DNA of 64,000 nucleotides from Candidatus Marinacidobacterales bacterium. Its GTDB lineage: Bacteria; Acidobacteriota; Vicinamibacteria; Marinacidobacterales; SMYC01. The DNA is taken from NCBI GenBank assembly GCA_965237955.1, contig OZ250169.1, forward strand, positions 4,224,001-4,288,000, in the 5' to 3' direction. Position numbers and translations under genes: made by a program. A model generated the notes under the pieces. The model was not told the DNA's origin, made no database searches, and was given only the letters and a program-made list of their open reading frames with translations. Below are positions 10,071 to 21,951 of the stretch, piece after piece (position 1 is the stretch's first letter; each line of letters starts with the position of its first letter).

Positions 10071-11818
10071 TAGCTACCGCTCGACGAAGTCCTGCCTGCT
10101 CCTTTATAGCCCCTGCCGTAAATCACCTTGCCCGGTCGCGCTTCCGTGTGCTCGCCGCCGTCGATGACGAGCACCCCGTTGACCAGCACGTAGGGGATGC
10201 CCTCGGGATAAGACTTGGGATTCTCGAAGGAGTTGGTCCCCCGCACTTTTTCTGGATCGAACACCACGACGTCGGCGGCAAAGCCTTCCCGGAGCTGTCC
10301 CCGGTCGCGCAATCCGAGAATTTGGGCGGGTAGGGAGCTCATCTTCCTTATCGCGTCTTCGAGCGCTAGCACGTTCTCGTCTCGAACGTAGTGACCGAGC
10401 ACCCGTGGATTGGTGCTGTAGTTGCGCGGATGGGGAACGCCGGGCGCATCCAGGTTGATCGCCGACCCGTCGCTGGCGATCGCCACCCAGGACTTTCGCA
10501 TCACCTTTCGAACGTCCTCCTCGGACATGGCATGAAAGATACCCGAGATCCTGTCGCCCTCCTCGGCCATGAGATGGATGTACGTATCGGCCGGGTCGGC
10601 ATCACCCCGAAGCTCCGCGATCTTGGCGATGCTCATCCCCTCGTACTTCTCGTTCTCGCTCGTGCTGGCCCACACCATCGCGATCCCCTCCCACCAACCG
10701 TGCTCCTTGGACCAGGTGATGAATTCCGGATCCCGTTTGGTCTTGTCCCGCAGCGAAAGATCTCGGAGCCGCTCCGCGAATTTCTCCGGGCCCCCTTCCC
10801 TCATCCACAACGGGAAGACAGAGCTCCATCGGTGAAACAGCGCCGTGTAGGGATACTGGTTCGCCGTGATATCGAGTCCCCGAGCACGGGCCGCCTCGAT
10901 TTGATCGAGAAACCGGCCTATGGTTCCCCAGTTGTCGCGGCCCCTTACCTTCAAGTGAAAGAGGTGTACGGGAATCCGCGCCTCCTCGGCCACGCGAATT
11001 GCGAAGTTGATCTCCTTTTCATGCTCGAAGCCTTGGCCTCCATGGTGCGAGGCGTAATTGCCACTGTACGAAGCGGTCACTCTGGCCATGGCGAGAATCT
11101 CATCAGGATGGGCGGGCCCGCCGCTCTCGAAGCGGGTCACGAGCCCCCATGCCCCCTCCTCCATGGAGCGCGCCACGAGGCTGGTCATTCCCTCGAGCTC
11201 GACTTCGGTGGCGGGCCGCGTCTCGTCGCCCATTACCACACGCCGAACTTGACCGGCGGAAACGTGGGAGATCACGTTCATGGAGATCCCTTACCTCTTC
11301 AATCTCTGGAAGTAGCCGGTGAAGTCGGTCCAGTCGATCTCGATGCCGCCGCTGATTTCAGCGAAATCGAGGGAGGAAGATAGCGAATATGAGCCTGGAA
11401 GAACGAAACGCCGACCCATGCGTTCGCTCAAGCCGTCGCGCGGCGCCACCGTCGTAGATGCTCCCAGCACGTCGAGCGTCACGCCTTCCCGCACCTTGCT
11501 CTGTGCCAGCCCGTCGGCCAGCAGGGCGTAGTCGGAGCGTGTATGCAGGTCGATGAATCCCGGCGCCACCACCAGGCCCTCGGCTTCGATGATGCGGGAG
11601 GCCTTTGCATCCACCAATCGTCCGACGCTTTTAATGCGGCCGTCGCGGATTCCCACATCACCGTGAAACCAGGGATTGCCGCTCCCGTCCACGATCTGTC
11701 CCCCGCGGATGAGAACATCGTAGGGAGAGTTTTCACCTTCCTGCCCGGCATGAGCGAGTCCGGCGAAGAGAAGGATCGAAGCCCACAAAAACAGTGTTCG
11801 TTGCGTTCGCATTCTCAT
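10070..11818 (-). pseudogene. Secreted N-acyl-D-amino-acid deacylase (amidohydrolase) with an in-frame TAA at 11291-11293
   Basis: IRGGQIVDGSG, PGFIDLHTR (second metal His lost), SDG, PHPR, RGQLREGFAADVVVFD. Both ORFs are in the same frame across one stop. Confidence 0.88.
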
Positions 11819-12074
11819 GACTCGTGCTCCTCTGGCGGTCCGAGCCGCCGCGACATTGCTCGCCCTCGCGGGGTCGTCCGATGGCGAATAGACTGCGCGC
11901 CGAATTGCCGCGAGAGAGCGTCGTTGCGCCATCCGGAGGATCCTAAATCCGATCCCAAACCATTACCAACGGCTCCGCACAAGCTAAGCCAGCGATGTTA
12001 AGAATAGGCTGCCAAGCTCCACTCGAAAGGGCCGCGATGACGAAGCACCTTAATGACAATTGGGTGGACCCACG

Positions 12075-12311
12075 TCAGAACCCCCTGCCCCTCCGGCTCG
12101 CTGCGAACCTGCTACGGACCCTGAGGAAATCGTGGAACTCGTGGCATTTTGCCGCGCGGGCCGGATCTACGAGATCGAGCGGTGGATCATGGGGGGCAAG
12201 CCTCTGCACGCGGCGACCCACGCCGATGCTCTCCGCAACGTGCTGGACTGGTCGCTCCCATACCAACTGATAGCGCTGCTCGCGCGTGAGGGTTTCGGTT
12301 TCCCATGGCAT
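12075..12311. pseudogene. Two converging hypothetical-protein fragments
   Basis: + strand EIVELVAFCRAGRIYEIERWI and - strand MPWETETLTREQRYQLVWERPV look like protein N-termini that end abruptly. Confidence 0.35.
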
Positions 12312-12595
12312 CTGCGTCCTTGAGATGTGGAGTTTGCCACATTAGGTCGTCGGAAACTCAAACACACAACCGGCCACGGCGGTCTTTGCAATTCACACCA
12401 GTTTTGATGCGACCGACTGGTGACCGCTCGTCAGAAGTCGTTCATCCGCATCGAGTTCTGGAACTGTAGCTAATATGTAGTCAGCAGGTCCAAGAGAGTT
12501 TGCATTCGTTCCGGGCGGGCAACTTGCCGGCTCTTGCGTGCGTAGCGCCCCGATAGCTACGATCGCCGTTGCAGAGACTAAGGAGCCTTTTCTCG

Positions 12596-12728
12596 CTAGT
12601 CCCCTGTATCAGAACAAACTAGATAAAGCAGAGCTTGCCGAAACCATTCTAAGTGCATGAATCTTATGAATCTTATGGGCTGGCGAAAAGCCTAACTTTG
12701 TATAGTAATCAAAGATCCGGGGGACTAG
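12596..12728 (+). mobile_element. 133-bp IS630-related MITE, copy 1
   Basis: CTAGTCCCCTG...GGGGACTAG ends. Near-identical to 24843-24975 and, in reverse complement, to 63647-63779. Confidence 0.92.
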
Positions 12729-12823
12729 AGACGAAATTTCGGGCGGGAAGCCTCCGTCCGTCGCGATTGCATTTCCGTTAGCGAAAAAGTAGAAAGGACT
12801 GGAAATTCAGAGAGTTTTTCACC

Positions 12824-13642
12824 ATGACAGCATCCGAGATCGATGCAAACGCCAACTTGAGCCCTCACTGCCGAAGACACCGGAGCGCGAGGTACGAGTC
12901 TATGGGCCTCGCCATCCTGATAGGCGTCATAGGCTGTCTTGTGTGGTTTCCATCAAGTGGGTTCGCCGTCCAATTCAAAATCATCACCTTGACACAAGGC
13001 TCAGGCTTGAACTTCGGGTCCGGGGTCTCTCTCAATTCCTCGGGCGTAGTGGGGACAGTGGTCCGGATCGGAAGTGAAGATGAGTTCGTTTTGGTAGACA
13101 AAGCCGGAAACATCACGAACTTGACTCAAAGCCAGTTTATCCAGGTCGGTCAAGGCGCCATCAACGACCTAGGGCAGGCAGCCTTTGTGATTGCATCCAT
13201 ACCGGATTTCTCGATGGATACCGATGTGATCTTCTTCGATGGAAGTCTTTTTCAGAACATCACGAATGGGAGCTTTTCGATTCAACCCGCAGGAGTGCTG
13301 CACCGTACAGTTAACAACTCCGGCCAGATTGCATTTGGAACTGATAACGGGCCTGTCTTCTTCGACGGGAACCAACTCATTGATGTAACGGCCGGAAGTG
13401 GCATCACAGCTCTGGGAAACCAGCCTCCGTCACTGAATGAAAACGGCCAGATACTATTTAGGGGGGAACTTGCAGGTAGAGGTGGCGCCTTCCTTTTCGA
13501 CGGCACCGCAGTAATAACGTTGGACACATCGTCGAAAGATGTGCATCGGCAAATGCTCCATCACTTGAGAGAAAATGAGACTGTCCGTGAACATGCGCTA
13601 CGATCCTCGGCAGGCCAAAGAAGCTTCGAGGGCGGCAGTTAG
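12824..13642 (+). CDS. Secreted repeat protein with (S/I/V)LNxxGQxxF repeats, probably truncated
   Basis: Hydrophobic signal, then repeats SLNSSG, INDLGQAAF, VNNSGQIAF, SLNENGQILF. The C-terminal tail looks unrelated. Confidence 0.55.
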   Translation: MTASEIDANANLSPHCRRHRSARYESMGLAILIGVIGCLVWFPSSGFAVQFKIITLTQGSGLNFGSGVSLNSSGVVGTVVRIGSEDEFVLVDKAGNITNLTQSQFIQVGQGAINDLGQAAFVIASIPDFSMDTDVIFFDGSLFQNITNGSFSIQPAGVLHRTVNNSGQIAFGTDNGPVFFDGNQLIDVTAGSGITALGNQPPSLNENGQILFRGELAGRGGAFLFDGTAVITLDTSSKDVHRQMLHHLRENETVREHALRSSAGQRSFEGGS

Positions 13643-15117
13643 GCAGGTAAATTCAAGTCGGTGACAGGCATAAATGAGTTCATTTTGAATAACAAAGGGC
13701 TACAGACACATTTAACTCAAACGTTGGGACAGCAGTGAGCTTACATATGAATCCAAAATCGGCGTTACTGATCGGCGCTATTCTCAGCTCAGCAGTTCAA
13801 TCGGGATTCGCCGATTGGACAGAAGCGGACATCGATGGTCTCAAGTGGCGCGAAGTTGGCCCCTACCGTGGCGGTCGTTCCGCAGCCGTCGAAGGTATTC
13901 CACAAAATCGCGATGTCTATTACTTCGGAGCCACTGGTGGCGGTGTGTGGAAATCCGTCGATCGTGATGTAAGTTGGGAGAACATTTCAGACGGGTACTT
14001 TGGGGGTTCCATAGGTTCCGTCGCCGTATCTGCCTGGGATCCGAATGTCATCTACGTCGGTACTGGTGAAAAAACTGTCCGCGGCAACACTTCCAGTGGA
14101 AACGGGATATGGAAGTCCACCGATGCCGGTCGTACCTGGAGTCACGTTGGCTTGGAGGACAGCCATCATATCCCGAGGATTCGGATTCACCCGCGTGATC
14201 CAGATATCGTGTACGTCGCCGCATTGGGACACTTGCATGGCCCGAATGAACAACGCGGTGTGTTCCGGTCAATCGACGGCGGAGCGAGCTGGGAGAAAGT
14301 GCTGTACGTGAATGACAGCGCTGGCGCGGTCGACCTTGTGATGGATCCCACCAACCCACGGGTACTATATTCCAGCACCTGGAGAGTTCGAAGAACGCCC
14401 TATACCATCGATTCTGGTGGCGAAGGTTCGGGCCTGTGGAAGACGAACGACGGCGGAAATAGCTGGCAGTTACTGTCCAGCAATGATGGGATGCCCGAGC
14501 CACCCCTTGGCATTTCTGGCATCGCCGTGTCACCAAGAAACCCGGACCGGCTTTACGCAATCATCGAAGCTGAATCGGGCGGCGTGTTTCGTTCCGACGA
14601 TGCCGGGGAGACATGGGAAAGCGTCAATCAAGAGCGACGATTGCGCAACCGACCATACTACTACTATCGAATCTACGTTGATCCGAAAAACACGGATGCT
14701 GTCTATATATTAAATACTCGGTTCTACAGATCAACAGATGGAGGAAAGAATTTCTCGGTAATTGATACTCCCCACGGCGACGAGCACGATTTGTGGATTG
14801 ACCCGAATGACCCGCACCGTATGATCGAAGCCAACGATGGCGGGGCGAATATCAGTTTCGACGGCGGACAAACATGGTCGGCCCAAGACAATCAGCCGAC
14901 CGCTCAAATGTATCGCGTGTCAACAGACAACGCGTTTCCCTATCGGCTCCTTGGTGGTCAACAGGACAATACCTCTTTGCGGATCCGCTCAAGATCGGCA
15001 ACAGGCTCTGCTATTGGCGTGCGAGACTGGGAACCGACTGCCGGCGGAGAAAGCGGTACTGTCGTGGCCAAGCCGGATGATCCGGATATTGTATTTGGCG
15101 TAAATTTCGCCGGGAAC

Positions 15118-16306
15118 CTAGTCCCCTGGATCTTTAATTACTGCCCAAATTCGATTTGCCATGTGTATCGAGCGTTCGCTGGGCGAACCGAGCGATGGTT
15201 TCGAGGATTTGGTCGGCGGATTTCGTCCACTTGAACGGCTTTGGGTTCTCGTTGTGAGCATCGAGATAGTCTTGTATCGCAACGCGGAGCTGAGGCACGC
15301 TCGTGTGCGAGCCTCGTCGCAAGGCGTGTTCGGTGAGCAAGCCAAAGAAGCGCTCAGCGAAGTTGAGCCAAGAGGCGTGTGTCGGTGTGAAGTGAAAGTG
15401 GAACCGAGGTCGCTTGGAAAGCCAGCGTTTGATCGCCGGTGTCTTGTGCGTGGCGAGATTGTCGAGCACGACGTGGATGTCCAACTCGCTGGGAACGGCT
15501 GCTTCGATCTCAGCGAGGAACTTCTTGAACTCTAGCGCTCGATGTCGCGCGTAGCACTTTCCGAAGACTTCACCTGTTGCGGCGTCGAGTGCGGCAAACA
15601 GGTCAGTCGTTCCATGCCGAATGTAGTCGTGGGTTTGTCGCTCGGGCTGGCCCAAGCTCATGGGCAGGACAGGTTGAGCACGCTCGAGCGCTTGAATCTG
15701 CGATTTCTCGTCGACGCACAGGACGACCGCGTTATCCGGTGGGTTCATATACAGGCCAACAACGTCGCGTACTTTTTCGACCAGTTGTGGGTCTTGCGAG
15801 AGACGAAACGATTCCGAGCGGTGCGGTTGAAGCCCGAACGTTCGCCAAATACGTCCAATCGTCGAATGACTCAGCCCAAGATGCTTGGCCATCGAGCGCG
15901 TACTCCAATGGGTTCTCCCCTTTGGAGTCGTCGCCAGCGTCTTGGTCACGACTTCCTCGATCTGGTCATCGCCGATTTTGCGAGCCGCTCCCGGCCGAGG
16001 TTCGTCGTACAACCCTTCCATTCGTTGTTCTACAAAGCGTCTTCGCCACTTGCCCACCGTGCTCCTCATGGTGTGCATCTTCCTAGCAACTTCCATATTC
16101 GTCAGACCCGCCGCGCAATCCAGCACGATCTTCGCTCGGAAGGCTTGGTGCGGCGAACTACGGCTGCGTCGCGCCAGTCGCGTCAGCGCTTCGCTTTCTT
16201 GAGACGACAGCTTCAATTCGGCTTTTCGCCGGCCCTTGTGTTTCATGCATTTAGCAGATCACAGAAGGGCCGGTGTTGTCTAGCTTTTTCTGTTCCATGG
16301 GACTAG
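15118..16306 (-). mobile_element. IS630-family element, intact, CTAG at both junctions
   Basis: Ends CTAGTCCCCTGGATC… / …TTCCATGGGACTAG, carries a 370-aa transposase. Confidence 0.95.
15134..16246 (-). CDS. IS630 transposase
   Basis: [40 protein letters not shown]. Confidence 0.95.
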   Translation of the reverse strand: MKHKGRRKAELKLSSQESEALTRLARRSRSSPHQAFRAKIVLDCAAGLTNMEVARKMHTMRSTVGKWRRRFVEQRMEGLYDEPRPGAARKIGDDQIEEVVTKTLATTPKGRTHWSTRSMAKHLGLSHSTIGRIWRTFGLQPHRSESFRLSQDPQLVEKVRDVVGLYMNPPDNAVVLCVDEKSQIQALERAQPVLPMSLGQPERQTHDYIRHGTTDLFAALDAATGEVFGKCYARHRALEFKKFLAEIEAAVPSELDIHVVLDNLATHKTPAIKRWLSKRPRFHFHFTPTHASWLNFAERFFGLLTEHALRRGSHTSVPQLRVAIQDYLDAHNENPKPFKWTKSADQILETIARFAQRTLDTHGKSNLGSN

Positions 16307-18228
16307 AACGAATGGATCATCGCACAGGCGACGTGCGCTCAATCCACATCTGGCCCGACCTCCCCTACGGGTGGCTCGGAGAGGAGCTCAAATACCGATT
16401 TAACTGGAACTTTCCAATGGTGTTCTCGAACCATAGTCCAAATGTGCTCTATGCGGTGGCCAATGTCTTGTTCAGGACAAGCGACGAAGGTCAGACCTGG
16501 ACCACGATTAGTCCTGATCTCACGCGAAATCCGGTTCGCAATGACAGCTGGGGCATGAATGTTTACGCATCTGGTGAGCGACTTGCCGCCACCATTCTTG
16601 CCCTCGCTGAATCGCGGACGGAGCCCGGCGTCATCTGGACAGGTTCCGATGATGGGTTGGTGCACTTGACCCTCGATGATGGTGCCAACTGGACTGATGT
16701 GACGCCCAAGGGACTGCCGCAGGAAGTTCAGATCAACTCAATTGACGCGCACCCTTTTGAGGCGGACGGGCTATACGTTGCGGCGACAGCGTATGAACTG
16801 GATGATTTTCGGCCTTACCTGTATGTCACCCATAACTATGGGAAAAGTTGGATGAAAATAGTTGACGGGATTCCTGAAAACCATTTTACTCGGGTGATCC
16901 GCGCCGACCCTGTGAGGCAGGGCCTTCTTTTCGCCGGTACGGAGAGTGGCCTCTATATCTCCTATGACGACGGCGAAAACTGGCGTGCTCTACAACTTAA
17001 TCTTCCCATCTCACCTATCACCGACCTGGCCATCAAGGACGGAAATCTTGTGGCAGCAACACAAGGCAGAGGATACTGGATCTTAGATGATCTTACGTTT
17101 TTACGACAGCTTAAAGGAGATGTGTTTTCCGCCGATGCTCGGCTGTTCAATCCGATGCCAACATACCGCGTACTCACCGGGTCAGAAGATTCGCCCAAAA
17201 ACATGGGACAGAATCCACCCGCTGGTGTAGTTCTGCGCTACTGGCTGCGCGAAACACTACCACCCGAGAGCTTATTGCAGTTGAGAATTGAGCGCGAGGA
17301 TAGTGAGGTTATTCGCACATTCACACGCAAGGTCAGTGGTATTGCCGCCTCGACGGCGTCTCGACCACTCAGTGATGATGACCGATTGTTGAGTGCTGAG
17401 AAAGGCCTGAATACGGTTGTGTGGGACATGCGATGGCCAAGCGCTGAATCGCTTAAGGATATGATCTTGTTTCACAGCTCTGCCCTCGCCGGACCCACGG
17501 CTGTACCGGGCCAGTATGTAGCTAGGCTTACGGTCGGTGAATGGGAGCAGCAAGTGCCATTGACAATTCGCGCAGATCCTCGTTCGACCAACTCACCAGA
17601 GGACTACCAGGCACAATTTGATTTCTTGTTGCATCTAAATCATAAGTTGACGCAGGCACACAAGGCCTTAGGCCAAATTCGAAGTTTGAAGTCCCAACTT
17701 GCCGCGGCCACAGATCGTACATCACACGATTCAGCTTATGCTGAGCTGACCTCAGCGGGTAAGGCTATGCTGGAACTGCTAACGCAATTCGAAGAGAGTT
17801 TGTATCAAACAAAAATGGAATTTCGCACGGATCAGCTAGACAGATTTTTGCGCAATCGGCTCAATGACAAACTTGCAGGATTAATCGGATTGGTGGCGAT
17901 GAGCGATCACCCCCCCACCGAGTCGGCTATTAAGGTTCGCGACCAATTGGTATCGGCGATTGACCAGGAGTTGGAAGGTCTCGATCGCCTCATTGACAAC
18001 GATCTTGCCGATTACAATGACCGGGCGACAAGCATGAGGCGGCAAGTGATAATGGTGAACGAATCTCATTAGGATCTTCTGAAATATGTAGTATTCACGT
18101 CGGTCTGCCAGACCAATAATCGTTGATATCGGGGTAACGACATTGAGCAAAAACATTCTGCGATTTGATCGAAGGGCTTTTCCGTCGTCTATGAGCCAAA
18201 ACTCGGTCACGAGCTCGACCACGACGCC

Positions 18229-18420
18229 TTGACCGACCCGCTCGAGTTTTTAGCTCGAGTGCTCATCCACACCCCCGAGCCCCAAAAGCACTTGGTTCAT
18301 TTCTACGGCGCTTACGCCAATCGCGTTCGACAAACCTACCGAGTCCAGATTCGTCCCGATGACGAAGCCAAGCCGACTCCAACTCGACGTGCCGCGAACA
18401 AACGATGGGCCGAGCTCATC
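18229..18420 (+). pseudogene. IS91/Y2-type rolling-circle transposase C-terminal remnant
   Basis: DPLEFLARVLIHTPEPQKHLVHFYGAYAN…WAELI. Confidence 0.7.
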
Positions 18421-18632
18421 CCTTCCGCACCGCTTCCCGGAAACTCGCTCGCCTTTGGAGGCTCGATGAGCGAGTACCAGTAGTTCGCGGGGTAGACCAA
18501 GGCCGCTTCGCGAGGGGTGGACGCCACTTTCGCCTCGAGCGAGACGACCCGACCCGGTGACAGGTCGACGGGATCCGAGTCCACGAGCCCATACCCTCTC
18601 ACCCAGACCTTGTAGGTCGCCTCGGGAAGATA
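18420..18632 (-). pseudogene. Internal fragment of a paralog of the 19777-21951 gene
   Basis: WVRGYGLVDS…REAALVYPANYWYSLI…EFPGSG aligns with WVRGYGLVDS…RAAAEYYPAGYWFSLI…EFPGTG. Confidence 0.85.
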
Positions 18633-18720
18633 CTAGGGGACGTTTGTTCACTCCGAGCGTCGCGCTGACCTGATTCGAGGACACCAGCGGGTCGTTTCAC
18701 CCGTGCGTGTAACCCCTGTC

Positions 18721-18736
18721 TGGCACGGCCATTGCA
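18721..18736 (+). promoter_or_regulatory. Sigma-54 (-24/-12) promoter
   Basis: TGGCAC-GGCCA-TTGCA, an exact TGGCAC-N5-TTGCW consensus, 30 nt before the 18767 ORF. Confidence 0.75.
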
Positions 18737-18766
18737 CACTCTGCCAGTGTTCAAGATAGGGGGTAG

Positions 18767-19360
18767 GTGATGAAGTACTTGGGACGGCTAATCTTCCTCA
18801 TGGGCGTGGGCGTTGGACCCACCTCGATGCTCGCAGCGAAGGACGCGGTCGACGTCGACTACCGCTTGCTCGCGACCAACAAGACCTCGACCATGGAGCG
18901 CGAGTTGAACGAAGCCGCTCTCGACGGTTTCGTGCTGGTACAAGCGATGGGCGGCCACACCGAGCATGGCGGTGAGGAGCTCGTCGCGGTCGTCGAGCGT
19001 GACCACGGGGTCGATCACGCCGAGCCGTACGAATACCTCGTCCTGGCGACCAATCGTACCGGAACGATGCAGAACGAGCTCAACGACGCGGCTCGAAGAG
19101 GATTCGCGTTCGTCGCACAGACGGTCTTTACGACCGCTTTCGGCGGCGAAGAAGTCGTTATCATCATGGAACGGAGTCCCTATGCCGAGGCTCCGGTGTG
19201 CGAGTACGAGCTTCATGCCACCTCTCGGACATCGACGATGCAGAAAGAGCTTTCGGAATACGGGAGGAAGGGTTTCCTCGTGCGTGGCCTTTCCGTGTCC
19301 GAGACCGCGTTCGGCGGAAACGAGGTCGTCGTCGTGAGCGAGCGCTGCGTGACGCCGTAG
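18767..19360 (+). CDS. Secreted hypothetical protein with three internal repeats
   Basis: Signal peptide, then three units of Y-x-(L/V)-x-AT-x-(K/R)-T-x-TM-x-x-EL…GF…GG-x-E-(L/V)-V. Confidence 0.8.
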   Translation: MMKYLGRLIFLMGVGVGPTSMLAAKDAVDVDYRLLATNKTSTMERELNEAALDGFVLVQAMGGHTEHGGEELVAVVERDHGVDHAEPYEYLVLATNRTGTMQNELNDAARRGFAFVAQTVFTTAFGGEEVVIIMERSPYAEAPVCEYELHATSRTSTMQKELSEYGRKGFLVRGLSVSETAFGGNEVVVVSERCVTP

Positions 19361-19776
19361 CTACTTCAGGGTGAGCGGGTCACGCAGAGCGATTTGCGTG
19401 ACCTCGACCTGGGCGTCCGTCGGTGCGTCGGGTGTGGCGAAACCTTCTACCCGAACTATCGAGCTCATGTCGTTTGTCGGCTACCTTCGTAGACTAGGTG
19501 ATGGACTCTTCTTTGGTAGCTAGTGCTACGGTCCGCGCGGTCGAGATTCATGCTATGCCTCCGGTGATGTTCTTATCACTCGATTGCGCTGATACCAAAT
19601 GTCGGGACCCGCGCTTGAAGGGCGTTTCGCACCCCACTACCTGGTCGCGCTCTACGCGATCGGGGGATCTATTCCCGGCTTGGCCGTCACGAGGAAGCTC
19701 TCGACGCGTTCCCTAAAGCAGCGGAGCTTCGTGGACCGGGCTTCGTCAACGCGAGAACGATATTCTCCTTATCGGC

Positions 19777-21951
19777 TTACTTCGCGAGCGGGTCGGGGCG
19801 AAGTTGGAACTTCACGACCTTGCTCGTCGTGCCTTTACCGCCTTCGAGGTGAAAAGGCGTTCGGGTGCTGTAAGTCGCCCACACCCCCTTGCCTCTCCAG
19901 CCGGCGTTCGGATCATCGATGCGGCCATCCATCCACTTGGTGTAGAACCCGAGCGGATAGGGCACGCGCATGACGACCCACTCTCCCTCCTTCAGGGCCA
20001 GCAGCCCTTCGGACCCATTGCCGGTGTTGATCGGCACGTTTCTGCCCAACCCCAACGTGTCGAACTGATCCACCCAAGTGTAGTAGCTGGCCTCAGCGCT
20101 GCCCGAATCCGTCACGCCTTTGAGTTGCGGGAGCGGCTCCGGATAGAGGGTCCAGCCTTCGAGGCAGTGCTGCCCGGTCGCGGTCGGCCCATTGAGCGGC
20201 CCCGTGCACTTGCGGCGGTCGAAGCTGGCGAGGTGCCCGCTTGCCAGGGGCGTCCAGACGACGCCGTTGCGGTCGATGTCCATACCCCGCGGTGAGTACC
20301 CCTGCCCGAGCGCGTTCGGGTTGCCCCACGGCAGCTCGTAGATTTCCGCCAGAGCCGTCGCCGGCGGGTTCGGCCCCGGGTCCAGCCGAATGATCGAGCC
20401 GGGGAAGCCCAATGAGGATCCCCAGATCGACCCGTCGACGGGACTCACGGCAACGCCGTAATAGCCGGCGTTGATCCGCTTGTCCTTGGTGGGATCGATC
20501 GGCTCGTCGGGCTCCACATACGCGTCCCGCTTGCCGTTGCCATTGACGTCGAGGATGAGAGCGGTCCAGCCCTGCGACTTTTCCTCATCGCCGGTCTCGT
20601 CGAACATCTTCGTGTTCAGCCAGCCGATGACCCGGCCGCCACCGCTCGTCCACAGCGTGTGGTTGGCATCCTCGGCAAACACCAAGTGGTGCGTGCTGAA
20701 ACAGGTGCTAATGAGGGTGAACTCCTTGGTGGCCGGATCGTAGACGGCGAGGTGGCGGCGGGCTCGCTCGACCGGGAATAGCTTCGCCGACGGATGGTCC
20801 GACCCCTCTCTACAAAAGCCCGGATTCTCACTCGGGCGGACTCTCGAGGTGAGCCAGACCCTCCCCTTGTGATCGAGCATCGGATTGTGCACGTTGGCCC
20901 GACTGTTCCAGATCGCTTCGTCCCCCCAGTACGGTGACGGCTGTAGCGGCGGCCCCGCCGCAACCGGGGTGTCCGGATCGCGAACCGGTACCTTCACCTG
21001 GCTCGCCGTGTGACTCACCGGATCCAGCACGGGCATGTAATCCGCGCTGGCCTCGAGCGCTCCGTAGATAGGGCCGTTGGCGTTGACGGTGGGATTCCGC
21101 TTGTCGGTGGAAATCTCATCGTGGAGATACGCCTTGGGGTCGGCCCAGTCCCACTGCGTGATGACGACGTTTCGCTCCACGCCTTGCGGCCGCGGCGGTA
21201 CCGGCGGCCCTTCGCCGGCAACGATCCGATCGGTCCAGTCCGCGAACATCTCCAACGCCCGCTGTCGGCCCATCCTGTTGAGACCGTTGTTCATGCTCCC
21301 GCCCGCCTGTCCGGACTGGATGCGCCGATCCCACGCGGCCACCAGGGAGTCGAACTCGCCGAGCTCCGCGGGGATCTCCCACGTGGCCTTATTGCCCATC
21401 TGATGACACGCCGTGCAGCCATCCGACTTCAGGTTCCTGATCCACTCGGCCTGGCTTTCCATGTTTGGCGAAATGCCATTCCCCTGGGGCCCCGTGCCCG
21501 GGAACTCGTTATTGTCCGGCACCTGGATCAGGGAGAACCAGTACCCGGCCGGGTAGTATTCCGCCGCCGCGCGCGGATTGGGTGCCACCACCGCTGTGAG
21601 GTTCTGAATCGTGCCCGGTGTGACCCGAACCTTCGGAGAATCCACCAGCCCGTAGCCGCGCACCCACACGTCGTAGGTCGCGTCGGGCAGATCGGGCACG
21701 ACATAGCGCCCCTGATCGTCGGTGACCACGATCTTGTTGAACCTGGTGGCCAGGTCGGTCGTTTCCGCGATCACCCAGACGCCCGCTTCCAGCCCCTGGG
21801 CGCTGGTGACCACGCCGCCGAGGTCATCGCTGTCAATGCTGACCGCCTTGCCGGTGGGTTGGCAGGCACTCATCCCGGCCAGCGAGACGGCCAAGAACAC
21901 GGCGATGCCCGCCCCCACCATGCCTGCATACAAAACTCTGTTCGTCGTCAT
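19777..21951 (-). CDS. Exported protein with carboxypeptidase-regulatory-like domain, mono-heme c site and predicted beta-propeller
   Basis: Signal sequence, VVTDDQGRYVVPDLP, CTACH, 724-aa intact ORF. Confidence 0.85.
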   Translation of the reverse strand: MTTNRVLYAGMVGAGIAVFLAVSLAGMSACQPTGKAVSIDSDDLGGVVTSAQGLEAGVWVIAETTDLATRFNKIVVTDDQGRYVVPDLPDATYDVWVRGYGLVDSPKVRVTPGTIQNLTAVVAPNPRAAAEYYPAGYWFSLIQVPDNNEFPGTGPQGNGISPNMESQAEWIRNLKSDGCTACHQMGNKATWEIPAELGEFDSLVAAWDRRIQSGQAGGSMNNGLNRMGRQRALEMFADWTDRIVAGEGPPVPPRPQGVERNVVITQWDWADPKAYLHDEISTDKRNPTVNANGPIYGALEASADYMPVLDPVSHTASQVKVPVRDPDTPVAAGPPLQPSPYWGDEAIWNSRANVHNPMLDHKGRVWLTSRVRPSENPGFCREGSDHPSAKLFPVERARRHLAVYDPATKEFTLISTCFSTHHLVFAEDANHTLWTSGGGRVIGWLNTKMFDETGDEEKSQGWTALILDVNGNGKRDAYVEPDEPIDPTKDKRINAGYYGVAVSPVDGSIWGSSLGFPGSIIRLDPGPNPPATALAEIYELPWGNPNALGQGYSPRGMDIDRNGVVWTPLASGHLASFDRRKCTGPLNGPTATGQHCLEGWTLYPEPLPQLKGVTDSGSAEASYYTWVDQFDTLGLGRNVPINTGNGSEGLLALKEGEWVVMRVPYPLGFYTKWMDGRIDDPNAGWRGKGVWATYSTRTPFHLEGGKGTTSKVVKFQLRPDPLAK

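Larger units (their letters stand above)
13747..18072 (+). pseudogene. VPS10/sortilin-like BNR (Asp-box) beta-propeller glycosyl hydrolase, split by IS630
   Basis: WREVGPYRGGRS and many SxDxGxTW Asp-boxes. Removing the IS and one CTAG restores the frame (…FAGNL|ERMDHRTG…). Confidence 0.92.
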
